The position numbers and the translations under genes were made by a program. DNA of 64,000 nucleotides from the NCBI GenBank assembly GCA_044344255.1, contig JBIJDH010000017.1, positions 64,001 through 128,000 of the forward strand. Reading direction: 5' to 3'. Below, piece after piece: positions 52,013-64,000 of the stretch (position 1 is the first letter of the stretch; every line of letters starts with the position of its first letter). The notes under the pieces were generated by a model that was not told the DNA's origin, searched no databases, and saw nothing but the letters and a program-made list of their open reading frames with translations. The stretch comes from Myxococcota bacterium. Lineage in GTDB: Bacteria; Myxococcota_A; UBA796; UBA2385.

Positions 52013-53110
52013 ATGAACGCGACCGCCCCGCACCCCTACCCGACCGCCTACACCATCCGCGACATCCGGGTGGAGCCCAACGTGGTGCTGGCGCCGATGG
52101 AAGGCGTGACCGACCTCACCTTCCGCCGTCTGATCCGGAACATCGGCGGCGCCGGCATGACCACCACCGAGTTCATCGCCAGCGAGGGCCTCAAGCGAGG
52201 CGTCGGTCGCCTGATGGACATGGCCGCCTTCGACCCCGACGAGCGCCCGATCGCGATCCAGATCTATGGACGCCGCCCCGACTCCATGGCCGAGGCCGCG
52301 CGCATCGTCCAGGATCTCGGCGCCACGGTCTGCGACATCAACATGGGCTGCCCGAGCAAGAAGGTGTGCGCGCACTCAGGGGGCTCCTCCCTGCTCCGCG
52401 AGCCTGCCCTGGCCATCGAGATCGTTCGCGCCGTGCGGGCCGCCATTCAGATCCCGCTCACCGTGAAGATGCGGAGCGGCTTCGACCACCACAGCCGCAA
52501 CGCGCCCGACCTCGCCGTCGCCCTTGAGCAGGAGGGCGTGGAGGGCATCACGATCCACTGGCGCACCCGCACCGACCTCTACGGAGGGGAGCGGGCCGTC
52601 GACAAGATCGCCGAGGCCAAGTCCCGCCTGCGCATCCCGGTCATCGGCAACGGCGACATCACCGACATCCCAAGCGCGATGAAGATGTTCGAGGACACCG
52701 GCTGCGACGGGCTGATGATCGGTCGCGGCGCCATTCGCAACCCCTGGGTGCTGCTCCAGGTGAGCCAGCACCTCCGGGGGGAGCCGGTGGTCGAGGTCAC
52801 CGCGGCCGAGCGGCGCCGCGTCCTGCTGGGCTACCTCGACTCGCTCCGCCCCGTCTTCATCCGCGAGCGCGCGGTGCTCGGTCGCTTCAAGAAGATCGCC
52901 AACTACTTCACGAAGGGCCTGCCCTACGGCTCGGAGCTGCGGGTGGGGATCCTCCACTCGCAGACCATCGACGAGGCCGTCGACCTCACCGAGGACTTCT
53001 TCCGTCGCCTCGGCATGTGGGAGGCCGGCGACCACAGCGTCTTCCACAGCCTTCAGGGCGAGGCGGGCGAGGGTTCGGACGAGAGCACGGATGCGACCAC
53101 CGGCGCGTAG
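52013..53110 (+). CDS. dusB: tRNA-dihydrouridine synthase (DusB-like)
   Basis: LAPMEGVTD, QIYG, DINMGCP, TVKMRSG, IHWRTR, IGNGDI, MIGRGA. Confidence 0.93.
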   Translation: MNATAPHPYPTAYTIRDIRVEPNVVLAPMEGVTDLTFRRLIRNIGGAGMTTTEFIASEGLKRGVGRLMDMAAFDPDERPIAIQIYGRRPDSMAEAARIVQDLGATVCDINMGCPSKKVCAHSGGSSLLREPALAIEIVRAVRAAIQIPLTVKMRSGFDHHSRNAPDLAVALEQEGVEGITIHWRTRTDLYGGERAVDKIAEAKSRLRIPVIGNGDITDIPSAMKMFEDTGCDGLMIGRGAIRNPWVLLQVSQHLRGEPVVEVTAAERRRVLLGYLDSLRPVFIRERAVLGRFKKIANYFTKGLPYGSELRVGILHSQTIDEAVDLTEDFFRRLGMWEAGDHSVFHSLQGEAGEGSDESTDATTGA

Positions 53111-54195
53111 GCCTCCGCGGCAGCGGCGTGGCCCGCCGGGGTCCAGTGGCCGTCGAAGGTGAAGTAGGTGGGGCCCACGGCTTGGGCGGCGAGGAGCGCC
53201 GGCGCGAGGTCGACGACGTGGAAGGAGCGGGGCATCACCTGGAGCAGGGCGGCCCGGGGGGCGTCGAGGTCGACGGACTCGACGGGCAGCCCGACGAGCG
53301 CGAAGGTGGCCGGGACCCGCGACGTGTCGATGGTGAAGGAGGTGGGCGCCACGCCGAGCACCACCGGGAGCCCTGCGGCCTCCGCGACGCGGGAGAGCTC
53401 GGCGAGGGCGCGGCCGGTGCAGCCGATCCAGCGGCGGAGCTGCACGGGCTCGACGTACATCGAGAGCTCGTCGCGGTAGCGCTCAAGGCGCCGACCATCG
53501 GAGCGCAGCGAGCGGCCCTCCAAGTAGATCGTAAGCCAGGTGTAGAGGTAGCTCCAGCGCCGCAGCTCATGGTCGACGATGGCCGTCGGGCGCCGATCTC
53601 CGCTGCGTCGGTCTGCGCCGCGCTGGGGGTGCCGCGGGCCGCGATACTCGCAATTGTCCCAGAGATCATTCCCGAGGAAGAAGGTCACGATCAGCGCGTC
53701 CGGCTTCAATTCGGCCTGCAGGCGTTGGAGCTGGGCGAGCTCATCCCAGGTGCCGTGGCTGTCGACGCCGCCGTTGGCCACGCTCACCGGCGCGCCCGTG
53801 CGGGCGCTGAGGTCGACCGCGAGGCGCTCGACGAAGGTGTCGGCCTCCGCGACCTGCGCGGCGAGGGTGAAGGAGTCGCCTACGGCAAGCAAGCGCCGCT
53901 CACCCGGCCCGCGCGGAGGGAGGCCGGGCCCGCGGAGGCCGAGGGCGTCGACCCGCACGAAGGTGTTGTACTCGAGGGTGCGGTAGGGGGCGCTCGCCCC
54001 GGGGGTGAGCGCGATGCGCCCCGCCTCATCGACCTGGAAGAGGGAGGCGTCGGTGAGGGCGGGGGTGTTGGCGAGCAGCCAGGAGGCCCCCATCGGGCGG
54101 GTGAGGCGCAGCCCCCCCTCCGCCAGCCCCAGGCCCACCAGAAGGCCGACGGCCGCGAGGGAGAGGCGGCCGAGGGCGCGGCCGGCCGCGCTCAC
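53053..54195 (-). CDS. SGNH/GDSL hydrolase family membrane-anchored protein
   Basis: N-terminal TM, GDSFT, NGGVDSHG, FFLGND, DGHWTPAGH. Confidence 0.85.
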   Translation of the reverse strand: MSAAGRALGRLSLAAVGLLVGLGLAEGGLRLTRPMGASWLLANTPALTDASLFQVDEAGRIALTPGASAPYRTLEYNTFVRVDALGLRGPGLPPRGPGERRLLAVGDSFTLAAQVAEADTFVERLAVDLSARTGAPVSVANGGVDSHGTWDELAQLQRLQAELKPDALIVTFFLGNDLWDNCEYRGPRHPQRGADRRSGDRRPTAIVDHELRRWSYLYTWLTIYLEGRSLRSDGRRLERYRDELSMYVEPVQLRRWIGCTGRALAELSRVAEAAGLPVVLGVAPTSFTIDTSRVPATFALVGLPVESVDLDAPRAALLQVMPRSFHVVDLAPALLAAQAVGPTYFTFDGHWTPAGHAAAAEAYAPVVASVLSSEPSPASP

Positions 54196-55052
54196 TTCAG
54201 CCAGGCCGAGGGCTCATGGAAGGCCTCGGTCACCGCCCGCCAAAGGGTGGACAGGGCGTCGCGCACCGGGGCCCCCTCCACCCCCACCCGCCGCTCGCCC
54301 ACCCGGCGCAGGCCCGGGGTGGCGAGCATCATCCGGTCGGCCATCTCGCGCCGGTGGGTCTCGAGCTCCGCCACCACGAGGCCCTTCACGCAATAGGGGT
54401 GGAATTCGCCCGCCCGCCGCCGGATCACCGCCCGCGCCGCCGCGTCCCGCAGCAAGGGGCCGGTGTAGCGGGGGCCCCAGCACTCGGCGATGTTGAAGCC
54501 GAGGGCCCGCTTGGTGACGGGGAGCTCGGCGTCGGGGAGGTGGGTAGCGGCCTCGGCGCGGAGGTCGTCTGCGCCCGCGACCAGCGCCACCGGCACCCCG
54601 AAGCTCCCGCAGATGGCGGCGTTTATCGCAGTCTCTCCCCAGACATCTCCGTTCACGGTGATCTCGTGGACGATCGCCCCCGCCCAGGTGTGGCTGAGGA
54701 GCCCGCCCGGCGTGCCCGCCCGGCTGTGGAAGCCGATGAAGAAGGCAAGATCGAAGCCCTCGTCGAGGCCGGCGATCTGGCAGAGCGGCTTGTTCGTCCA
54801 GAGGGCCGGCCCGCGCACCAGGCGGGCCTCGGCGGGGAGCTCCTCGAGCAGGATGTTGCGCATGTGGGCGTGTCCCTCCGAGATCACGACCTCGCGCACC
54901 CCCTGGGCGATCGCCCCCTCCGCCGCGGCGACGACATCCGCGGTGAGCATCTTGCAGCCGGCGACATAGGCCGCTCCGCCATCCGGCATCAGCTGATCCC
55001 GGTGGACGATCCCTGTCGCCCCCTCCATGTCCGCGCAGATGAACAGCCGCAT
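54192..55052 (-). CDS. dppA: D-aminopeptidase, peptidase M55 family
   Basis: MRLFICADMEG, EGHAHMRN, FIGFHSRAG...LSHT, GETAINA. True start 55052. Confidence 0.9.
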   Translation of the reverse strand: MRLFICADMEGATGIVHRDQLMPDGGAAYVAGCKMLTADVVAAAEGAIAQGVREVVISEGHAHMRNILLEELPAEARLVRGPALWTNKPLCQIAGLDEGFDLAFFIGFHSRAGTPGGLLSHTWAGAIVHEITVNGDVWGETAINAAICGSFGVPVALVAGADDLRAEAATHLPDAELPVTKRALGFNIAECWGPRYTGPLLRDAAARAVIRRRAGEFHPYCVKGLVVAELETHRREMADRMMLATPGLRRVGERRVGVEGAPVRDALSTLWRAVTEAFHEPSAWLK

Positions 55053-55171
55053 CCGGAGCCCCCCCTCGCGGGACGACACCGTCCGCGCCCGACATGGGTA
55101 TCCCGGGTGGCGGCGCTCAGGTCTGGGCTGGCGCAGGATCGGCTGGCCGAACACGACCGGGCCGGGATACT

Positions 55172-55188
55172 CTGAACATATGTTCCGG
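55172..55188. promoter_or_regulatory. LexA (SOS) box overlapping the imuB start codon
   Basis: CTGAACATATGTTCCGG has the palindromic core GAACATATGTTC and matches 15/17 positions of the Myxococcus consensus CTRHAMRYBYGTTCAGS. Confidence 0.75.
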
Positions 55189-56712
55189 TACCTCGTCGCC
55201 TGGATGCCCGTGTTTCGCTTGGAGCGCTGTGGCTGGCCCGCCCAGGACGCTGTCGTGCTCGTCACCGAAGAGAAGAGCGCGCTCCGCGTGCAGGCAGCCA
55301 CCCCCCTGGCGCTGCGGCGCGGGATCCGGGTCGGCATGACCTTGTCCGAGGCCCGGGCCCGCCTGCCCGAGCTCCAGGTCGAGCGCCTCGACGCCATCGC
55401 CGAGGCGGCAGACCTCGAGGAGCTGAGCCGCCAGCTCCTCTCCATCTCCCCGGCCATCGCCCCCCTGCCGCCGGAGGCCCTGGTGGCCGAGGTGGGCCGC
55501 TCGGCCGCCGCCGTGACGGGTGAGCGCGGGGGCGCGGCCGAGGCGGTGCTGGTCGAGCGGGTGCGCCGCCGCCTCGCCGCGCTCGGGCACAGCGCGACTG
55601 TCATCCTCGCCGATGACCCCGGCACCGCCCTCTCGGCAGCGATCTGGGGCGGCCGCACCCAGGTCATCCCTCCCGGCGGCGGCGGCCTCGCGTTGGCGCC
55701 GCTCCCCCGCGCCGCCCTCCACCTCCCGCTCGCAGACGACGCGCTCCTCGAGGGCCTCGGCGTCCGTACCGTGGGGGCTTTCGCCGCCCTCGACACCGCG
55801 TCTCTCGTGGGGCGCCTGAGCCCCCTCGGGGTCGCCCAGCACGCCCTCGCCCGAGGGGCCGTGCGCCAGCCCCTGCTGGCCCCGCAGGCCGAAGACACGC
55901 TCATCTCTCTCCTTCAGGAGCTCCCCGATCCGGTGAGCGAGCTCGAGGCCCTGCTCTTTGTGATCCAGGCGCTGCTGCGCGAGGCGACCCTTCGCCTCAC
56001 CCTGCGGGCCGCCGCGGTGAGCCGCGTCCTGCTGCGCTTCGAGCTCGATGATGGGGCACACCAGGAGCAGTCCGTCCGCCTGGGAGAGCCGAGCCGCGAT
56101 CCCCGCCGGATCCTCACCCTCCTCCGCGAGCGGCTGGAGCGCTTCAAGCTCGCCCGCCCGGTCGTCGGCCTCCGCCTGGAGCTCCCCGAGCCCGCCCCCT
56201 TCGACGGCCGCCAGCAAGACCTCCTCTCTCGCCACCGCGAGCAGGAGCGCCGGGCCGACCTCACCGCCCGCCTCGAGGACGCCCTCGGGCCTGGCGCCCT
56301 CATCAAGCCCCGCCTCGCCGACCGCCACCGCCCCGAGGCGGCCTGGGCGCCCGCCACCAGCCTCAGCGCCCCGCCCCCGCGTGAGGGGCCGTTGAGCGCG
56401 GCCCTCCGCGACGATCCGGTCCAGGAGTGGCTCGGCTGGCCTGAGCCCGAAGGACCGAGCCGCCCGCCGCTCCTCCTCCACGCCCCCGAGGCCATCGAGG
56501 TCGAGCGACAAGGCATCGCCCCCACGGCGGTCCACCTCGGCGGGGGCTGGCTGCCGGTCCGCGGCGCCGAGGGCCCCGAGCGCCTCGCCGGCGAGTGGTG
56601 GGAGAGCGCCTTCGAGCGAGAATATTGGCAGCTCCACCTCATCGACGGGCGGAGGGCCTGGGTCTATCGGGAGGACGGCCGCTGGTACCTCCACGGCTGG
56701 TGGGACCGATAG
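55180..56712 (+). CDS. imuB: ImuB, Y-family polymerase-like mutasome scaffold
   Basis: GIRVGMTLSEARA, LGVRTVGAFAAL, clamp motif QQDLL, DRHRPE, GPERLAGEWW...REYW...W.LHGWWD. Confidence 0.9.
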   Translation: MFRYLVAWMPVFRLERCGWPAQDAVVLVTEEKSALRVQAATPLALRRGIRVGMTLSEARARLPELQVERLDAIAEAADLEELSRQLLSISPAIAPLPPEALVAEVGRSAAAVTGERGGAAEAVLVERVRRRLAALGHSATVILADDPGTALSAAIWGGRTQVIPPGGGGLALAPLPRAALHLPLADDALLEGLGVRTVGAFAALDTASLVGRLSPLGVAQHALARGAVRQPLLAPQAEDTLISLLQELPDPVSELEALLFVIQALLREATLRLTLRAAAVSRVLLRFELDDGAHQEQSVRLGEPSRDPRRILTLLRERLERFKLARPVVGLRLELPEPAPFDGRQQDLLSRHREQERRADLTARLEDALGPGALIKPRLADRHRPEAAWAPATSLSAPPPREGPLSAALRDDPVQEWLGWPEPEGPSRPPLLLHAPEAIEVERQGIAPTAVHLGGGWLPVRGAEGPERLAGEWWESAFEREYWQLHLIDGRRAWVYREDGRWYLHGWWDR

Positions 56713-56741
56713 GGAGGCCTAGCCAGCCCGAGGGCGCCGGC

Positions 56742-57572
56742 CTATCGGGCGGACTCCGCCGCGAGGGCGGCGGCCCAGAAGGGCGCCGCCTCTGCCAGGG
56801 TGCTCACGTAGCCGCGCACGTCGTCCCGGGCCTGAGGCGACAGCGCCGCGAAGGGGACCACGTGCTCCTCCGGCACATACCGAAAGGTGAAGTTCACCCG
56901 CCGCGTCGAGAACCCTGCGATCTCCGGCGGGAAGGGCGCGTCGGCCCTTCGGTCGACCCGCTGCACCCGGTGGAACGCGGTGTCCTTCCAGTAGGGCCCA
57001 GCGAAGACCTGCAGACTGCGGTCTTCGAGCCACTGGTGGCGGAGCTCCTCGCCCTTTCCCGTCGTGAACTGAAAATAGGCGCGGGCGCCCAGCGAGACCG
57101 AGGCCACCGGCCCGGGCTCGAAGTCACGGTGAGCCCCCACACGGGCGGTGTCCTCCTTCCTTCCGTCGGCGAGGAGCTTGTCCCCGTAGAAATTCACGAG
57201 GCAGGTGTTCAGCTTCCAGCCAACCGGCACATAGGGCTTGGGCATCGTGCGCCGCACGAGCGCCTCCACCCGATCGACCCAGGCCCGCAGCGGCGGCGGG
57301 AAGGGCTCGGCGGCGACGCAGCGGTCCCGCAGGCCCTTCGGTGGGTGGTAGTAGCCGAGGCAGGCAAACTGCCAGTTCCCGAGCCAATAGACCGGGCGCT
57401 GCAAGGCCCGCTGCTCCTCGCGCGGCGGCGGTGGCCGGAGCGTGGAGAAGCGCATCTCCCAGAGGGGCCGGAGGGTGGCCAGCCACTCCAGGGTGGCGAC
57501 GCGCTCGGCCGGGGTGACAAAGCCCGCTTGGAGACGGACACCAGCGGGATCGGGGAGGATGCGGGGGGGCAT
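56742..57572 (-). CDS. AlkB-family 2OG-Fe(II) dioxygenase
   Basis: NTCLVNFY, HRD, VASVSLGA, FHRV, RVNFTFR. Confidence 0.87.
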   Translation of the reverse strand: MPPRILPDPAGVRLQAGFVTPAERVATLEWLATLRPLWEMRFSTLRPPPPREEQRALQRPVYWLGNWQFACLGYYHPPKGLRDRCVAAEPFPPPLRAWVDRVEALVRRTMPKPYVPVGWKLNTCLVNFYGDKLLADGRKEDTARVGAHRDFEPGPVASVSLGARAYFQFTTGKGEELRHQWLEDRSLQVFAGPYWKDTAFHRVQRVDRRADAPFPPEIAGFSTRRVNFTFRYVPEEHVVPFAALSPQARDDVRGYVSTLAEAAPFWAAALAAESAR

Positions 57573-57618
57573 GGCCCGCCCGCCTATCCCACCCACCCCT
57601 CCGCCGACATGCGCCCGA

Positions 57619-61203
<3,585 letters not shown>

Positions 61204-61279
61204 GAGCGCCTCCAGGGGCACATCCTACATCGGGAGGCACCCCGCTGGCGAGCCCACCCCGGACCGTCGAAGCGGCGAC

Positions 61280-62788
61280 TCAGAGCGGACCGAAGAGGCC
61301 GGTCGAGCTCGATTTGTCGCCCTGGAAAGCCACCGTCAGGTACCGCTGGCCGTGGAGCGTGCCGACGCTGAGCCCCGCCACCTCCATGTCCACGGGGCTG
61401 CTCGCCACCCACTCGAGTACGCCCTGCCGCCAGAGCCAGAGGCGGCTGCGCCGGTCGTCGTTCTTGGTCGTGTCCTCCGCGATGAAGAGGCCCACGCCGG
61501 GGACGAAGGTGATGTTGTCGGCGTTGTTGACGCCCTCCCCCACCTCCACCCGATAGGCGGTGGCCACGCCCTGGTCGTCGAGGGCGAGGGCGAGGACGAG
61601 GCCGGCGTCGGGCTCGGGGAGGCCGTGGGGCTTCCCCTTCATCGGCGCCTTCACCGAGGACAGCACGAGGTAGAGCGTGTCTCCGTCGAGCGTGAGGCCC
61701 TCGGACTTGGTGAGCCAGGTGGTGGCGCCCAGCAGGGCCGCGTACCGACGCGTCTCGAGGCGGCTGGCGAGGCGATCTTGGCCGGGCCGGACGCGGAGGC
61801 ACTCTCGCCCCGTCATCGTCTCGGTGCGGGTGAAGCCAGCGGGGCACTCCGCGGCGATGACCCGATCGAAGAGCTCCGAGAAGGAGGGTCGGGCGCTGAG
61901 CTCGGCGTCTGAGGCGTGTCCGAGCGAGATCCAGGAGATCTGCCCCTGCTCGAGGATCGCGGCGAAGAGCTCTCCGGCGGAGAGGTCATCAGGGCGGTCG
62001 GCGACGAACCGAAAGAGGCCCCCGCCTCCCACCTGAACGCCAGCGTCGCTCGGGAGGTAGGTGTCATCCGTGAGATAGACCGTGCGCCGATCTTCGAGCA
62101 CGAGGCCGAGCTCGTGGGAGAAGCGCCCCAGGGTGGGGTGGGGGATCACACCGAAGCTGACCGGCTCTATCTCGAACATCCACCCATAATCATAGGGGGA
62201 GCGAGGCTCTATCTCGTTGTAGCCGTGGTCGGGCACGGTCTCGAGAGGCTCTTCCGGCGTGGCACGCCCGCGGTCGGCGGTCTTGGCCATCCTCTGGTCA
62301 GACCCAACGATCGCGGCGTCCGGCTCGTACTCCTCGCTGCCGAGGTGGCTGCCCCAAGGCGTGACCGAGGCGGCGCAGTGGATGTAGCCGCCCTGGAGCA
62401 CGCGGAGATCGATGGGCGCGGTCTCGACGGGCACCAAGTCCGCGCTCAGGCGGGTCCGCCAGATGCCCCCCTCCGGTCGCTCGAGGTGGCTGATGAGCCA
62501 CGCTCCGCCGAGGAGGGTGCTGCCGTCGATGGCCTGGGACCCCATGCCGGCGGGCGCGAACACATCGGCCCCCACCCTCTGCTCGGTGTGCAGCAGAGGG
62601 TGCCACTCAAAGCCGAGCGCCTGCAGATCACCGAGGATGACCTCCTCCGCAGCGCCAGCGGGGGTCGCCGGTTGAGCGGGGCGCTCGGGCGGCGTGGCGC
62701 CCTTCCCACAGGACCCGCCGAGGAGGGAGGTCCAGAGGCCGAAGGACAACCAGAGGCCGACGGGCGAGGATGCGGGGAGGAGGTTCAT
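61280..62788 (-). CDS. PhoX/DUF839-family alkaline phosphatase-like protein
   Basis: HCAASVTPWGSHLGSEEYEPD, LGRFSHE, VYLTDD, LFRFVAD, RLETRRYAA, KSEG, NADNI, FIAED. Start at ATG 62788. Confidence 0.8.
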   Translation of the reverse strand: MNLLPASSPVGLWLSFGLWTSLLGGSCGKGATPPERPAQPATPAGAAEEVILGDLQALGFEWHPLLHTEQRVGADVFAPAGMGSQAIDGSTLLGGAWLISHLERPEGGIWRTRLSADLVPVETAPIDLRVLQGGYIHCAASVTPWGSHLGSEEYEPDAAIVGSDQRMAKTADRGRATPEEPLETVPDHGYNEIEPRSPYDYGWMFEIEPVSFGVIPHPTLGRFSHELGLVLEDRRTVYLTDDTYLPSDAGVQVGGGGLFRFVADRPDDLSAGELFAAILEQGQISWISLGHASDAELSARPSFSELFDRVIAAECPAGFTRTETMTGRECLRVRPGQDRLASRLETRRYAALLGATTWLTKSEGLTLDGDTLYLVLSSVKAPMKGKPHGLPEPDAGLVLALALDDQGVATAYRVEVGEGVNNADNITFVPGVGLFIAEDTTKNDDRRSRLWLWRQGVLEWVASSPVDMEVAGLSVGTLHGQRYLTVAFQGDKSSSTGLFGPL

Positions 62789-62792
62789 TCGC

Positions 62793-64000
62793 CTACCGGC
62801 TCGACCAGGCGCGCAGGCCTCGACCGAGCACCCCGATCGCTCGCCGGAGCGTGGCCTCGTCCCGGACGGCGGCGAGGCGAATCTCATCCCGCCCGTCCGC
62901 CGGGTTGGCATAGAAGCCCGGGCCCGGCGCGACCACCACGCTCTCTGTGAGTCCGCCATAGAAGGCGTCTCTAGCCTCGTCACGGAACTCCTCGACGAGG
63001 AAGCGAGCGAAGGCCTCGGTGTCGGGCACGGGCAGTCGCACCATCGTGTAGAAGGCGCCCTCCGGGTGATGGAAGAACACACCGGGGACCTCGGCCAGCG
63101 CCCCCATCATCGCGTCCACGCGGCCCCGATAGACCGCCCGGACCTCATCATAATAGGCGCTCGGCAGGGACAGCGCGGCGATGGCGGCGCGCTGGCCGCG
63201 GGGCTGGGTGCCGAGGCGGGCCTGACCCAAGCGCTCGATCCGCTCCATCAGCTCGAGGTTGCGGGAGATGAGGAAGCCCACCCGGAGCCCGCAGGAGGAG
63301 AAGGTCTTGGAGGTGGAGTCGACCACGATGACGTGGTCTTCGTGCCCTGCGAGCTGGAGGGCCGACAGGGGCGGCTCCTTAAACCAGATCGCCCGATAGA
63401 CCTCGTCGGCCACCAGCCAGATCCCGTTCCGCTTCGCCCAGGCCGCGACCCGCCGAAGCTGGTCGGCGCCATAGACCGCACCCGTCGGATTGCCGGGGTT
63501 GGCGAAGAGGAACATGCGAGTTCGCGGGGTGAGCGCGCGATCAAGGGCCTCATCCGAGGGGAGCGCGAAGCCGTCGTCGAGGCCCGTGCGCAGGGGCACC
63601 ACCCGAGCGGCAGCGACGGTCGCGAAGCCGTTGTAGTTGGTGTAATACGGCTCGGGCACGAGGATCTCATCGCCGGGGTCGCAGAGCGCGGTCATGGCGA
63701 AGAGCAACGCCTCGGAGCCACCCTGGGTGACCACGACGTGCTCGGCGGTGAGGCCGGGGCTCGTGGCGGCGTGGTAGGACGCGGCGGCGGCGCGACAGTC
63801 GGGGAGACCCGAGGCGGGCCCATACGCGAGCACCGGCCCCTCCTCCCGGGCGAGCGCCTCCATCACCGGGCGCGGGGTGGGGACGTCGGGCTGGCCGATG
63901 TTGAGGCGGTGGAAGTGCACACCCTTGGCCCGGCCGACCGCCGCGTCGAGCTTCCGAATCGCCGATTCTTGGATGGTCCGCGCGCGCTCCGAGATGTGCA
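62793..64000 (-). CDS. PLP-dependent class I/II (aspartate-type) aminotransferase; start at or just beyond window end
   Basis: LNIGQPD, GGSEAL, NPGNPTG, DEVY, DSTSKTFSSCGLRVG, EGAFY. The frame continues upstream as HISERARTIQESAIRKL to the edge. Confidence 0.92.
   Translation of the reverse strand, partial: HISERARTIQESAIRKLDAAVGRAKGVHFHRLNIGQPDVPTPRPVMEALAREEGPVLAYGPASGLPDCRAAAASYHAATSPGLTAEHVVVTQGGSEALLFAMTALCDPGDEILVPEPYYTNYNGFATVAAARVVPLRTGLDDGFALPSDEALDRALTPRTRMFLFANPGNPTGAVYGADQLRRVAAWAKRNGIWLVADEVYRAIWFKEPPLSALQLAGHEDHVIVVDSTSKTFSSCGLRVGFLISRNLELMERIERLGQARLGTQPRGQRAAIAALSLPSAYYDEVRAVYRGRVDAMMGALAEVPGVFFHHPEGAFYTMVRLPVPDTEAFARFLVEEFRDEARDAFYGGLTESVVVAPGPGFYANPADGRDEIRLAAVRDEATLRRAIGVLGRGLRAWSSR

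Noticed and set aside
54192..55904. 570-aa version of the M55 peptidase and the 55027 start for imuB
   Set aside because: The extensions overlap each other; family N-termini start at 55052 (-) and 55180 (+).

Overview
A very GC-rich, gene-dense bacterial chromosomal window, most likely from a Myxococcota-type organism. That inference rests on MYXO-CTERM-like C-terminal tails, Cys/Asp MopE-type repeat lipoproteins, STAND/kinase/FHA signalling genes and a Myxococcus-like LexA box. About 36 CDS are supported. They include two tandem fatty acyl-AMP ligases, a signalling cluster (wHTH-NTPase-TPR, kinase-nSTAND1-WD40, FHA-wHTH) around a secreted repeat protein, tamAB, a Ski2/HelY helicase, a pseudouridine synthase, acnB, peptidases (S8, M28, M55), an ABC exporter and a Sel1 protein. 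Also present are a TonB receptor/lipoprotein operon with an adjacent RegB/RegA-like pair, modA, a YyaL-thioredoxin-NHL fusion, dusB, imuB, alkB-like, PhoX-like and an aminotransferase. I saw no rRNA, tRNA, CRISPR or mobile element. Signals the ORF track does not explain: a degenerate 42-bp-period array upstream of an orphan helical protein gene, a RegA-type box before the TonB operon, a LexA-like box over the imuB start codon, a 16-bp perfect palindrome, a frameshifted gene remnant at 46304-46506 and several short tandem duplications. All family calls come from motif recognition by eye; no database searches were run.
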